64,000 nt of DNA, taken from assembly GCA_964460075.1 (NCBI GenBank), contig CAYWPC010000006.1, forward strand, positions 8,711 through 72,710, in the 5' to 3' direction. Positions 48,979 to 59,772 of this stretch are shown here, one piece after another. Both the position numbers and the translations under genes were made by a program. The notes under the pieces are model-generated. The model searched no databases and was not told the DNA's origin. It saw only the letters and a program-made list of their open reading frames with translations. This DNA is from an uncultured Acidimicrobiaceae bacterium (GTDB lineage: Bacteria; Actinomycetota; Acidimicrobiia; Spongiisociales; UBA5794). Every line of letters begins with the position of its first letter. Positions within the stretch are counted from its first letter, which is position 1.

Positions 48979-49370
48979 ACTGTCTTCTAACGTCGCTGAT
49001 TGGTTTCGTCGTTCGGACGCTCATGCACACTGATCGGTTCCCTCAGCCTACGGCAGCATGCGTGATTCCGACTAGCCCGGCCGCCCAGGTCCGGCAATGT
49101 GGGCGAGTTACGCTTACGGACGTGACCACATGGGTGCCAGCTCGAATGTAGCGCCGAATTCGATGACTCAAGGCTTGCGGGAGTGGTGATCGATATCGTC
49201 GGGCCATGGGTTGTGTGTTCATGGTCGAGACCCCGCTGAGCGCCTTCGGGGTATCTATCCGCAGCAACGGCTCCGTGCGCGCAATGCGCCAAGGGCTATC
49301 GTGCGTGACACGTGTAGGGCTTTGAAACTCTTGCACCGCAAGGGCTATAGAAGACGCGATGTGTCCGGTG

Positions 49371-49430
<60 letters not shown>

Positions 49431-49854
49431 CAGCTTCGAATTTGGAGTCTCGGCTCGCCTGAAGGCGACTCCTGTCTAGCCCTTGAACCCGCCTGGGTCA
49501 TGCCTACCGGCGATGAGGATGGGGACGCGGGTGCAGAGACCGTCGGTGTCATAGTGCAGTGGCGAACTGGTTGCGAAGTGTCTCTGGTCCGATTCGCACC
49601 AGCGCGAAGGTGTCTGTCTGAACACGACAGTCTCCGACGGGAATGGTCCGAGTAGCGCCTTACCGCCTACCACATCGCACGGTGCCAGAGCGCCGTTTCA
49701 TGTGTACCCGAGTAGTCCGTTGGGTGGATTCTGCACCGCACCGACTCGAGTTGGCGGCTGCCGCTCAGATCCGCTGGGGTTTGCTTGACGGCACCATCTG
49801 GTGCGCTCTGGCACGGATGGTGGACGCGGTGTACTGTCGACAACAGGAGGAGCC

Positions 49855-50688
49855 ATGGATGATGTAGACGGTAGGGTCGCTGTGGTTACGGGTGCTGCTG
49901 GGGGGATCGGGCTAGGAATGGCTCACGCTTTTGCTGACGCGGGGATGAGCCTCGTGCTCGCTGACATCGACGAAGAGAGGCTCACGGATGCTGTGAACAG
50001 CGTTCAAGCGACCGGAGCCACAGTCATAGGGGTACCGACCGATGTAGCTGATCGGGCAGCTGTCGATTCGTTGGCGGCCGCGACGCTTGAACGATTCGGG
50101 GCAGCACATTTGATCTGCAACAACGCAGGCTTGCCGCTGCCGAGATCCTTGACACAGGTCACGCCCGACGATTGGGAGCGAGGGCTAGGTGTCAACTTGT
50201 TCGGCGTGGTCAACGGAATCCAGGCCTTTATGCCGATCCTCGAGCAGCAAGGTGTGGGACACATCAATGCAACGTCGTCGATGAGCGGCCTCGTAGGGAT
50301 TCCGCCCGTCGTCGTGTACAGCGTCGCAAAATTCGGTGTTATCGCTGTGATGGAGACACTCGCTCGGGAGCTACGTCAGAGCCACTCACCGATCGAGGTG
50401 TCAGTGTTCTGTCCCGGCGAGGTCGCCACGCACGCGATCGACAACGCCATGCACAATGCGTGCGTGTCAGGGCTTGTGCCTTCGCCAGAAGAGCTAGAAG
50501 CGGTCAAAGCTGCGCAAGCAGATCTTCTGAGATCTGGTATTAGCCCTGAAGTTGCCGGCCAGATTGTGCTCGACGGTGTGAGGCAGGGGCGTTTCTGGAT
50601 TTTCAGCCACCCGCAATGGGTCGAAGGACCGGTCCGGTCGCGCTTCGAGGCCATGGCGGGGGACGGAAGTCTGCCCAATCTGTTCTAG
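49855..50688 (+). CDS. SDR family oxidoreductase
   Basis: TGAAGGIG Rossmann motif and the YSVAK (YxxxK) catalytic motif. AGGAGG RBS. Confidence 0.8.
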   Translation: MDDVDGRVAVVTGAAGGIGLGMAHAFADAGMSLVLADIDEERLTDAVNSVQATGATVIGVPTDVADRAAVDSLAAATLERFGAAHLICNNAGLPLPRSLTQVTPDDWERGLGVNLFGVVNGIQAFMPILEQQGVGHINATSSMSGLVGIPPVVVYSVAKFGVIAVMETLARELRQSHSPIEVSVFCPGEVATHAIDNAMHNACVSGLVPSPEELEAVKAAQADLLRSGISPEVAGQIVLDGVRQGRFWIFSHPQWVEGPVRSRFEAMAGDGSLPNLF

Positions 50689-50709
50689 CGACCACAGCGG
50701 ACGAGCGGT

Positions 50710-52221
50710 TTAGTCGTCTTCGAGTTCGTAGATTCTGTCGATGTAGCGGGTGATCAGTTCCTTCACAGCGGTGCGCGACGGGAAGGTCGCCGCCATCCCG
50801 TACATCGGTGCAGCACCGGTCACGGCCTCACCGCCAGCCGCTCGAGCCTGTGTAACTGCATCGGTGAGATCAGCGAGGAATCGATCGGCAACACCCGGCT
50901 TCGTGTGGCGCAGGGTCACAGCGATGTGCACGGCAGGCGGGTGGTGCAGCCCGTTGAGACTCCACCCCCGCTCGGCCATCCTCGCCATGACCTCATAGAC
51001 GTCTACGTCATCCGATCCAAAGGCGATGACCCACAGCGGATCGCCGAGTACGTGCAACCCTTCGATGTCCCCGATACCGTCTCTGATCTGGGCACCGGTC
51101 GTGAGGATTGCCTCCGTTGCACGCAGATAGCCGTCTTCTCCCATTGAAACCAGGGCGGCCCAGGCGGCAGCGAGAAGGCCTCCTGGGCGGCTTCCCGCAA
51201 GCGTCGGGGAGTAGTAGAGCCCGCCAGGCCATTCGGTAGCAACATGAAACTGGTTCCTGCGAAGGTCCCTTCCGCGGTACAGGACAACAGAAGTCCCTTT
51301 GGCCGCATATCCGTACTTGTGTGTGTCGGCAGACATCGAAGTGACACCTGGCAGTCGGAAATCGAACGGGGCGATGTCATAGCCGAGCCGTTCAGCCCAC
51401 GGCAGCACGAAGCCGCCAAGGCACGCGTCCGTGTGAAATGCAACGCCGCGCTCTCGGGCCATATCGGAGAGTTCAGCAATGGGGTCGATGACACCGTGTG
51501 GGAAGCCAGGTGAGGAACCGGCTACGACAATGGTTCGCCTCGTCATCGCCCTTGCCATCGCATCGACGTCGGCACGAAAATCTCCTCCGACGGGGACACG
51601 CACCTGATCGTATCCGAAATACGCAGCTGCCTTGTCGAAGGCAACGTGGGCTGAGTCTGGCAGCACCATCTGAGGCTTCGAGACGTGAGCGCGGTCCCGA
51701 TACGCCTTCATTGCCATGATGATCGACTCGGTACCCCCCGATGTCACTGTGCCTACGATCTCGTCCCCAGCTTGGGCGGCGACCCGTGCGCCGAGCATCC
51801 CGGCTGTCATGGCAACGACCTCCGCCTCGAACTTCATTCCAGACGGCCACACATCGAGGTGGAGTGGATTCGACTGAGACTGGAGCGCATAGACCCTATT
51901 GAGGAAATCGATGTGTTCGCCGTCGCCGTGATAGACAGCTCCAGAGGCGTAGCCGTCGTTCCAGTCGCCCCTTTCTGCCTCAGCAAGGGCTGAGACGTTG
52001 GCGATGATCTCGTCTCGTGGACGGCCGGTCGCCGGCAGCCGCGAATACACGGGGACGTCGACCTCAGGCCGCACGACAGGCGTGGCGTCGAGCATCGTTT
52101 CATACTCGGCTTCGAGCATCGCGCGAATCTTCGGGACCCTCCCTGCACCGCCTATGAGGGCTGAGGCGACACGACGCGGGAGTTTGTCTATGACTTTCTT
52201 GGCTCGCTCGCTGATGCTCAT
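50710..52221 (-). CDS. PLP-dependent group II decarboxylase family protein (glutamate decarboxylase / sphingosine-1-phosphate-lyase-like)
   Basis: [10 protein letters not shown] and [10 protein letters not shown] (PLP-Lys) motifs. Start chosen at MSISERAKK. Confidence 0.65.
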   Translation of the reverse strand: MSISERAKKVIDKLPRRVASALIGGAGRVPKIRAMLEAEYETMLDATPVVRPEVDVPVYSRLPATGRPRDEIIANVSALAEAERGDWNDGYASGAVYHGDGEHIDFLNRVYALQSQSNPLHLDVWPSGMKFEAEVVAMTAGMLGARVAAQAGDEIVGTVTSGGTESIIMAMKAYRDRAHVSKPQMVLPDSAHVAFDKAAAYFGYDQVRVPVGGDFRADVDAMARAMTRRTIVVAGSSPGFPHGVIDPIAELSDMARERGVAFHTDACLGGFVLPWAERLGYDIAPFDFRLPGVTSMSADTHKYGYAAKGTSVVLYRGRDLRRNQFHVATEWPGGLYYSPTLAGSRPGGLLAAAWAALVSMGEDGYLRATEAILTTGAQIRDGIGDIEGLHVLGDPLWVIAFGSDDVDVYEVMARMAERGWSLNGLHHPPAVHIAVTLRHTKPGVADRFLADLTDAVTQARAAGGEAVTGAAPMYGMAATFPSRTAVKELITRYIDRIYELEDD

Positions 52222-52228
52222 CTGTCTC

Positions 52229-53783
52229 TCATGTGTTGATGCGGCGGTAGATGCCGCGGTTGGCCTTGTGGATCCTGCGGAATGTGTCGTATCGGCTGTC
52301 GTACACGTCTCGATTCGCCGGATTCGGTGAGCGCGAGGCGGCGGTGGGAGCGGTCTCATCGATGTCCTCCCAGGTGATGTGGCCGAGCGCAGCGTGCGCC
52401 AGCATTCCCGCACCCCGCACATTCACCCAGAGCGGCTCGCCGCGTTGGAGGATCGTACGCCCGAGTACATCGGCGTGGATCTGGGCCCATAGGTCCGACT
52501 GGGCGCCACCACCAACCATCGAGATCGGATCCAGGCGTCGCTTCGTGAACCGCTCGACTGTCTCGAGCAGCCAGCGTGTGTTGAACGCGACGCCCTCGAA
52601 TACGGCACGGATCATCGCGTCGCGGCCCGTGTCGAGAGACTGATTGAAGAACCCGCCTCGCAGGCTCGCATCCTCGATGGGTGTGCGTTCGCCGTAGAGC
52701 CACGGCGTGAAGATGACACCGTTGGATCCAGGAGGAACGCCCGCAGCAGCCAGATTGAGATCCGCGTACACCGATTCGTCTCTGCGACGGTCGGGGTAGA
52801 GGATCGACGCGAACCAGTCGATCGCTTTCCCCGCGGTCTCCTGCTCGTTGGCGACGAACCATCGGCCAGGCACGGCAGCTGGGAGGGAAGCTACCGAATG
52901 CAGCAGGTCGGTTTTCTTGTAGGGCACGTGGCAGGTCAGCCACGACGACGTGCCGATGTAGAGATGCGCTGCATAGTCCGCAACGGTTCCTGCTCCAATG
53001 GCTGCAGATGAAACGTCGGGTGTTCCCGCAATGACCGGTGTGCCAGGCGTGAGGCCCAACGCATCGGCTGCTGTCTTCGTGAGGCCACCGATCACTTCGG
53101 TTGCGTGGGCCAACTCGGGGAGTCGGTCGCGGCTCAGGTCCGCATAGCCGAGGAGCGTGTCGTCGTAGGTTACGGAGTCGGGATCTCGGTTGTTGGTGAC
53201 CCAGTGCAGGGCGATCGAGTCGTACGAGGCGACCGCTCTGCCGGTAAGGCGGAGGTTCAGATAGTCCTTCGGTTCGAGGAACTTGTCAGCAGCGAGGTAG
53301 ATGTCGGGTCGTTCGTGTCGCAGGAAGAGAATGTGAGCGATTGGGTCCTTGCCAGAGCCCGATGGTGCGCCACCGGTCGTGTGTATCCATCGACGAATCC
53401 GGAGTGGACCGAAGCCCTCGACTCTGAGAGGTCCAGCCGCTGTGAGACCGTCTAGATACGGCGCACCACGGGAATCCATCCAGATGACCGCATTGCCGAT
53501 CGGTTCTCCGTGCCGATCGACGGCTACGGTGCCTGACCACTGCGACGTGACTGACACCGAGGAAATCTCGATGTGAGTCGATGAGGCGATCGTTCGCCGT
53601 GTCGCCGCTACGATCGCATCCCACCAGGCGTGTGGGTCCTGTTCCGCTCCGCCGTGGCCGTCGAGGAGGAGGTCGACGGATTCGGTAGCCCCTCCAAGGA
53701 TCTCGCCACGATCCGATACGATTGCCACTTTCGGCCCAGATGTGCCGAGGTCGATAGCGAGGACGTGCGTCGGAGGTTCCACG
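52229..53783 (-). CDS. FGGY family carbohydrate kinase
   Basis: N-terminus [15 protein letters not shown]; actin-like ATPase fold. Start approximate (GTG chosen). Confidence 0.65.
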
Positions 53784-53888
53784 ACGACACGATACCTGGG
53801 TCCCCGCAGGTCGACCTTCCCAAACGCAAGATGAACACCGGTGACCCGATCGCAGCTGCGCTGGTGCAATGTTGCAGTCAAGCACCGG

Positions 53889-56333
53889 CTAGGGGGACCA
53901 CCAGAGGCCAACGCCGAGGGTTATCGCGGTGATCAATACGCCAATGACTGTCCAGAAGTACACGGTGTGGCCATCGATACGGATAGAGAGCAGGTTCGCG
54001 CCGCTGGTCGTGTACGCAGCGTCTCGTCCAACCTCTCGCGTGTTGCTCGAACCCTGTCTGTGACTGTCTTGTGTGATGGACTCGTATCGGGTGTTGAGCG
54101 ACTCTCGTCGTATGAGTTGGCCGCCGAACGAGTTGGCCAGAACTGCGGTGACAGACGAGATCATGGCGATCATCGCCCACACCGGGCTGATGAGCCCTGT
54201 GACTGCTGCGAAAACTCCGATGCCGTTGAAGCTGAACGCGAGTACGAGGTTCTGCTTAGTTTTGCGGTACGAGGAGATACCGATCTCATGGGCATCCATC
54301 ACGGATCCAAGCCGGTCGCTCATGATGACGATGTCGGCGGATTCGATAGCGATGTCCGTACCGGCACCGATAGCGACACCGATGTCGGCCTGGGTGAGCG
54401 CCGGGGCGTCGTTGATACCGTCGCCGACCATCATGACGCGTGAACCGTGGCGTTGCAGCCTCCGGATCTCAGCGGCTTTCTCGTCGGGGAGTACCTCAGC
54501 GAGCACATCGCCGATCCCCACCATCGCGGCGATCGTGTGTGCGGTGCGTGGGTTGTCGCCGGTGACCATCACAGGGACGATGCCTGCGGACTTGATCCGT
54601 GCAATGGCTGCTGCCGCGTCGTCTTTGACGGTGTCGGCAATTCCGATGAGCCCAACGAGGATTCCGTCGCGGGACACTGCAATGACAGTTTCGCCCTGCT
54701 CTTCGAGCTTTCGCCTGTTGGTGTCGAGTGGCGACAGGTCGATGCCCTGTTCGACCAACCAATTCGGTTTGCCGACGAGCACGCGGGCCCCGTCGAGATT
54801 GGCCTCGACCCCGCGTCCCGTGTGCGACTCGAACGTGCCGGCTTCGACGAGGGACAGCTTTCGTGACTCGGCTGCGTCTTCCACCGCACGGGCGAGGGGA
54901 TGCTCGCTGTTCATCTCGGCTGCGGCTGCAACAGCAAGCAGAACATCGGCCGACACGTCGCCGGTTGTGACTACCGTCTGGACGGTCGGCTCGCCCCTGG
55001 TGATCGTGCCGGTCTTGTCGAACACCACAGTGGTGACGTCCCCCATGACCTGGAACGCCTCGCCTGAGCGCATCAAGATCCCCCGCTGGGCGGCTTCGCC
55101 CCCACCTCGGATAGTGGCCAACGGTGTTGCCATGCCCAACGCACACGGGTACCCCATGACGAGTGTTGCGAGTCCTGCTAGGAGCGCACGGTTCCAATTC
55201 GGACCGTCCCCGAGAAGTGTCGGCGCAATGGTCCACAGCAGAAATCCGCTGGCGGCGAAGACGAGCACGGTGGGCGCGAAGTAGCGAAGCACGACATCGA
55301 CGACCTGGAGCACGCCGGGCCTGAGGCTTCGAGCTTCATCGATCGACCGGGCGATTTGGGACAGAAATGCGTCGTCGCCGATGCGGGTCACCTCGACGAC
55401 TAGCGTGCCGGTCTGGTTGATCGACCCTCCGATCACGTCGTCACCGGACACCTTCTCTGCAGGGATCGACTCGCCGGTCACGAGCGCCTCATTCACCGCA
55501 GACACACCATCGACGACAGTTCCGTCCACCGGGATCGACTCGCCCGGCCGGATACGGACCAGGTCTCCTGAAAGGACATCGTCGATCGGTGTGTCGACCT
55601 CCTTGCCATCGCGCACCACGCGGGCCGTGTCCGGGCGTAGATCCATCAGCCGTCGCACGGCCTGGGACGACCGGGTACGCACAACGAGCGACGAATAGTG
55701 GGACAAGATGTGATAGGTGGTCACGAGGGTTGCTGCCGCGAAGAAGTCACCGACGGGAAAGTTGTCCAAGACGAACAAGCCGAGGAAGCCTCCGGCAATC
55801 CCTGCGAACGCCGCAGACTCCAACAGCACATGCTGATTGAGTATGCCTCGCCGCAGTGACGCCCATGCCATCTTCTTGATGAACCAGCCGGTGAGGAACA
55901 TCGTGTTCAACGCGAATGCCAACAACAGCCACGGCATCAGGGGGACAGCAACGATGTCGAGCCACTGCCCGACGAGCATCAGGAGCAGGCTCGCCACTGT
56001 GAGGCTGCCTGCAACGACGAGCCGGCCTCGTTCCCGTCGAAGCTCCGCCGCGTCGTCGTCGAAGCTCCGCAGTTTCTCAGGATCTCTGTAGGTGTAGCCC
56101 ATTTCCTCGAGGGTCCGTCGCAGCTTCTCCGGCGTCACCTTGGATGGGTCATACCTGACCAGGCCCTCCTCGTGGGCAAGCGACACACCCACCTCGTGCA
56201 CTCCGTCGATTCGTCCGTAGGCCTTGTCGATCGTCGATGTACAGAACGAGCAGGACATGCCACCAATTTTCATCCGGAACGTAGCTTGACCCGCTTGAGC
56301 AGTCGCATTCGCTGCTGCATTGTCGCTCGCCAT
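53889..56333 (-). CDS. Heavy-metal translocating P1B-type ATPase (probably copper)
   Basis: N-terminal HMA domain GMSCSFC. DKTGTIT phosphorylation site and GDGINDAP. The TM6 motif is YPC rather than the canonical CPC. Confidence 0.85.
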   Translation of the reverse strand: MASDNAAANATAQAGQATFRMKIGGMSCSFCTSTIDKAYGRIDGVHEVGVSLAHEEGLVRYDPSKVTPEKLRRTLEEMGYTYRDPEKLRSFDDDAAELRRERGRLVVAGSLTVASLLLMLVGQWLDIVAVPLMPWLLLAFALNTMFLTGWFIKKMAWASLRRGILNQHVLLESAAFAGIAGGFLGLFVLDNFPVGDFFAAATLVTTYHILSHYSSLVVRTRSSQAVRRLMDLRPDTARVVRDGKEVDTPIDDVLSGDLVRIRPGESIPVDGTVVDGVSAVNEALVTGESIPAEKVSGDDVIGGSINQTGTLVVEVTRIGDDAFLSQIARSIDEARSLRPGVLQVVDVVLRYFAPTVLVFAASGFLLWTIAPTLLGDGPNWNRALLAGLATLVMGYPCALGMATPLATIRGGGEAAQRGILMRSGEAFQVMGDVTTVVFDKTGTITRGEPTVQTVVTTGDVSADVLLAVAAAAEMNSEHPLARAVEDAAESRKLSLVEAGTFESHTGRGVEANLDGARVLVGKPNWLVEQGIDLSPLDTNRRKLEEQGETVIAVSRDGILVGLIGIADTVKDDAAAAIARIKSAGIVPVMVTGDNPRTAHTIAAMVGIGDVLAEVLPDEKAAEIRRLQRHGSRVMMVGDGINDAPALTQADIGVAIGAGTDIAIESADIVIMSDRLGSVMDAHEIGISSYRKTKQNLVLAFSFNGIGVFAAVTGLISPVWAMIAMISSVTAVLANSFGGQLIRRESLNTRYESITQDSHRQGSSNTREVGRDAAYTTSGANLLSIRIDGHTVYFWTVIGVLITAITLGVGLWWSP

Positions 56334-56351
56334 ATCAGGTCCTTCTCCCGC

Positions 56352-56567
56352 TCACTCGGCTTCAAATCCTGAGGCCGCTATGCGGTCGCGGATGTCTTGC
56401 TCTGAAACGCGGTCCGTGTCGAAACGAACCTCCACCCTGCCGTTCTCGAAACTGGCACCGACACGGATTACCCCTTCGAGGTTGCCGAGCGCCGTTGAGA
56501 GATTGTCCGCGCACCCGCTGCAGTGGAATCCCCGAACGGTGAAAGTCTCTGATGTTGCAGTAGTCAT
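56352..56567 (-). CDS. copZ: Heavy-metal-associated (CopZ-like) metallochaperone
   Basis: 71 aa; HCSGC metal-binding loop in a ferredoxin-like fold. Confidence 0.75.
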   Translation of the reverse strand: MTTATSETFTVRGFHCSGCADNLSTALGNLEGVIRVGASFENGRVEVRFDTDRVSEQDIRDRIAASGFEAE

Positions 56568-56617
56568 TTCGTCATCACCTCCAGATCAATGGACCGGGTT
56601 TCGCGTAGCTGTCGGCA

Positions 56618-57028
56618 TCAATGCGTCGCTCCGACACGCTGGAGAATGTGACACACGCAAGGATCTTCCGATCCGGTGTCCGGTATTGTGCTGGCGACCG
56701 CCTGAAGGTGGCTCAGCTCCTCTGACAGCGCAATCAACTGGCTAATACGCTCCTTGACAGCTTCTACCTGTCGATCAAGCACACCGCGGACATATCCGCA
56801 CGGCGCCTCGCCCTGATCCCTGAGGTTCAAGATCTGGCGGATATCGTCCAATCCGACACCGAGCGACCTTGCCAGGGACACAAATCGCAACCGTTCGACG
56901 TCGGCCTCAGAGTAGGTGCGGTAACCCGACTCGGTTCGTCGCGGCTCGGGCAGCACGCCAACCGACTCGTAGTATCGAATGGTTGGTGGGTCGACGCCGA
57001 CGGCGGCGCCCGCTTCGCCAATCCTCAT
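56618..57028 (-). CDS. MerR family metal-responsive transcriptional regulator (CueR-like)
   Basis: N-terminal HTH IGEAGAAVGVDPPTIRYYE. C-terminal Cys residues (APCGY, DPCVCH). Confidence 0.85.
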   Translation of the reverse strand: MRIGEAGAAVGVDPPTIRYYESVGVLPEPRRTESGYRTYSEADVERLRFVSLARSLGVGLDDIRQILNLRDQGEAPCGYVRGVLDRQVEAVKERISQLIALSEELSHLQAVASTIPDTGSEDPCVCHILQRVGATH

Positions 57029-57240
57029 CCTGTCACCACCTCATAGCCGAGGTCTTCGATCGCTCCACGCACCGAATTCATGTCAGTGACAGCCACATCC
57101 AGAGACAAGGAAACCGTTCCTTCCAAGTGGTCGGCCGATGCGTGGCTGACCCCCGACAGCCCACCGAGGGCGGTCGTGACCCGTCGCTCGCAACCGTCAC
57201 ACGTCATGCCGTTTACGGTGAACACCTGCTGCGCCATGGT
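57025..57240 (-). CDS. Second HMA-domain metallochaperone
   Basis: GMTCDGC motif. Start at MAQQVF, consistent with the promoter position. ATGA overlap with merR. Confidence 0.7.
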   Translation of the reverse strand, partial: TMAQQVFTVNGMTCDGCERRVTTALGGLSGVSHASADHLEGTVSLSLDVAVTDMNSVRGAIEDLGYEVVTG

Positions 57241-57283
57241 CGCTCCTCGATCAGAAAGTCCTGCGGTCTTAGCCAACTCGTCG

Positions 57284-57314
57284 AACATACACCTTCAAGC
57301 AACTTGAAGGTCAA
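57284..57314 (-). promoter_or_regulatory. MerR-type promoter/operator: TTGACC-N19-TATGTT with a perfect 9-3-9 dyad ACCTTCAAG-CAA-CTTGAAGGT in the spacer
   Basis: Read on the minus strand upstream of the chaperone-merR-copZ-ATPase operon. The 19-bp spacer and the dyad resemble the E. coli CueR box ACCTTCC...GGAAGGT. Confidence 0.75.
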
Positions 57315-57629
57315 CACCATTCCCGAAGATTCGCGGCTCGATGCGATACCCAAGGCACGTCCGTCTTCCGATGGCAGACCACACCGTCGAAATCGGATAC
57401 AGAGACGGTTGCGGCCTCGTGGCGATTAGGTCTTGCCAGCCCGTGGCTCTACCGCATGCCTCAGTGACAGCTACATCTTCGAGTCAGGTGGTGGCATGAT
57501 CGGACCCGGCGGCGCTTGGCGCGTGCCGAACTCGTCGGATGACCGGAATGCGGCATCCAATGCCGGAAGTTTGATCACTGGCGTCGATAGGCGGCGTGTA
57601 CTGCGCAACGCGCTCCTAGCCTCGGCACC

Positions 57630-58142
57630 ATGGTCGAACTCTACGACTTCATCACCGACGTCCCCGACTTCCCAGAGCCGGGCATCATATTCAAAGACAT
57701 CACGCCACTGCTTGCGGACCCAGCGGCCTTCCTGCAGGCCGTCGACGAGATGGCAGACCCGTTCAACGCCTCCAGTGTCGACATCGTTGTCGGTATTGAG
57801 TCTCGCGGTTTTCTCCTCGCCGGATCAATAGCCGAGCGCATCGGATCTGGTGTAGGGCTTGTTCGCAAACCGGGCAAGCTGCCGAGAAAGACCGTTTCGG
57901 TGACCTATGAACTCGAATACGGTACAGACTCGCTCGAGATCCACGAAGATGCCTTTCCAAACGGAGCTCGCGTCCTGATCGTCGATGACGTGCTAGCAAC
58001 CGGTGGAACGCTGGCTGCGACGAGCGATCTCATCGCGAAGGCAGGAGGCGTTGTCGTCGGAGCGACAATGCTCATAGAGCTCACCTTTCTCGATGGCCGC
58101 TCAAGGTTCGACGGCCCCCTCCACGCCGTGTTGGCTTACTGA
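57630..58142 (+). CDS. apt: Adenine phosphoribosyltransferase
   Basis: PRPP-binding motif VLIVDDVLATGGT. Confidence 0.9.
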   Translation: MVELYDFITDVPDFPEPGIIFKDITPLLADPAAFLQAVDEMADPFNASSVDIVVGIESRGFLLAGSIAERIGSGVGLVRKPGKLPRKTVSVTYELEYGTDSLEIHEDAFPNGARVLIVDDVLATGGTLAATSDLIAKAGGVVVGATMLIELTFLDGRSRFDGPLHAVLAY

Positions 58143-58209
58143 TCCAGTTTTCGGCGAGGCGACGCACGCCATAACCTCGGCGAAGACGCCTCGAGGGTAC
58201 GATTCGGGC

Positions 58210-59715
58210 ATGGTGCTAGACAGACTCACGTCACTCGAACCGGGCATGCCGATCGTATGGGGAGGATCTCGCATTGCTCGTGTCTCTGAGGCTTTGGCCG
58301 CTGCCTTCTCTTCGGGGGACGCGTTGATCGTTCGACAGGACACAGGCGAGCTGATCCACATTCCCGCCACAGCAACGCAGATCGCAGCCGAAGCAGTGAG
58401 GAGAGCTCATCAGGCCTTTGATTCGATGGGTTCCGTCGGTGATGATCAGATCACCGACTTTTACAACCGATTCGCCGACGCACTCGATGATGACCAACGA
58501 TTCGGCCCAATTGCGGCAGCGAACGAGGTCGATGTCGCTGCCGCTCAGCAGGCTGGCCGATCCGCGACAAGGCTGATACTCGACGCCGAGATGCGCTCCG
58601 GCATGGTCGCTGGACTTCGTGGCTGGGCAGCAGCGCCGAGCGGTCGTAGGCGTACGCTCGAAACGGTTGAGCACGACGGGTGGCGTGTGGAGCAGATCGC
58701 GGATGGCCTCGGGGTGATCGGATTCGTGTTCGAGGGGAGGCCCAACGTGTTTGCCGATGCCACAGGTGTACTCCGCAGTGGCAACACGGTCGTGTTCAGA
58801 ATCGGTTCGGATGCACTTGGAACTGCACGCGCAATCGTCGAAGCCGCGCTGGATCCCTCACTTTCGGCCTCAGGACTGCCTCCGGGCGCGGCAACGCTCG
58901 TTCCGAGCCGATCAAGAGAGACTGGGCTTGCAATGATGAACGATCCACGGTTGGCGCTGGCCGTTGCAAGAGGTTCTGGCCCTGCGACTGAACGTCTAGG
59001 AGCTGTTGCACGTCAGGCCGGCAACGCAGTCAGTCTGCACGGTACGGGCGGTGCGTGGATCATCGCCGGACTCGGCGCAGATCCACAAGATCTTGCCGCC
59101 GCGGTGTATCACTCGCTTGATCGCAAGGTCTGCAACACGCTCAACACTGCCTGTATCCCTCGAAGCGTTGCCCATGCCCTCGTTCCGGCATTCCTCGAGG
59201 CGATCGAGCGAGCTGGCGAGAGAAGATATGCCAACACGAAGCTCCATGTTCTCGAGTCGAGCCTCGACGCTATCCCTTCTGAATGGTTTGATCGCCACGT
59301 TCCAATCTCGAGGGCGGGAGGTCCCGTCGTTGAGCCACAAGCCGAGGCGATCAAGGAGGCCTTCCTCGGTCAAGAGTGGGAGTGGGAGGACAGCCCAGAG
59401 GTAACACTGGCATTGGTCGACTCGGTCAGACAGGCTGCAGATTGGTTCAACCAGTACAGTCCACGATTCGTCGTCTCGCTCATTTCTGACGACCAATCCG
59501 AACAGGACCGCTTTTTCGGAGACGTCGATGCCCCCTTCGTCGGAAACGGGTTCACTCGGTGGGTTGACGGTCAATACGCGCTCGACAAGCCTGAGCTTGG
59601 ACTGTCTAACTGGCAAAGGGGGCGCCTATTCGGAAGAGGCGGAATTCTGTCAGGTGACTCTGCATACACCGTGCGAACCCGCGTCACGCAGAGCGATCCC
59701 GACATCGGCCGTTGA
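58210..59715 (+). CDS. proA: Gamma-glutamyl phosphate reductase-like aldehyde dehydrogenase (ProA-like, elongated)
   Basis: ProA-like VIGFVFEGRPNV and the catalytic Cys context RKVCNTLNT. About 500 aa, longer than typical ProA. Start uncertain. Confidence 0.6.
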   Translation: MVLDRLTSLEPGMPIVWGGSRIARVSEALAAAFSSGDALIVRQDTGELIHIPATATQIAAEAVRRAHQAFDSMGSVGDDQITDFYNRFADALDDDQRFGPIAAANEVDVAAAQQAGRSATRLILDAEMRSGMVAGLRGWAAAPSGRRRTLETVEHDGWRVEQIADGLGVIGFVFEGRPNVFADATGVLRSGNTVVFRIGSDALGTARAIVEAALDPSLSASGLPPGAATLVPSRSRETGLAMMNDPRLALAVARGSGPATERLGAVARQAGNAVSLHGTGGAWIIAGLGADPQDLAAAVYHSLDRKVCNTLNTACIPRSVAHALVPAFLEAIERAGERRYANTKLHVLESSLDAIPSEWFDRHVPISRAGGPVVEPQAEAIKEAFLGQEWEWEDSPEVTLALVDSVRQAADWFNQYSPRFVVSLISDDQSEQDRFFGDVDAPFVGNGFTRWVDGQYALDKPELGLSNWQRGRLFGRGGILSGDSAYTVRTRVTQSDPDIGR

Positions 59716-59772
59716 CGTCGAATCGGCCATTCTTCGTAAGCGCACTACGCTTGCGTGTCCGCAAGGAGATGT

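Noticed and set aside
48391-48990. 199-aa plus-strand ORF overlapping the lipoprotein gene
   Set aside because: The opposite-strand ORF has a clean signal peptide and lipobox. The plus ORF has no motifs and a Cys/Arg-rich composition, so it is probably spurious. Strand assignment is still only moderate.
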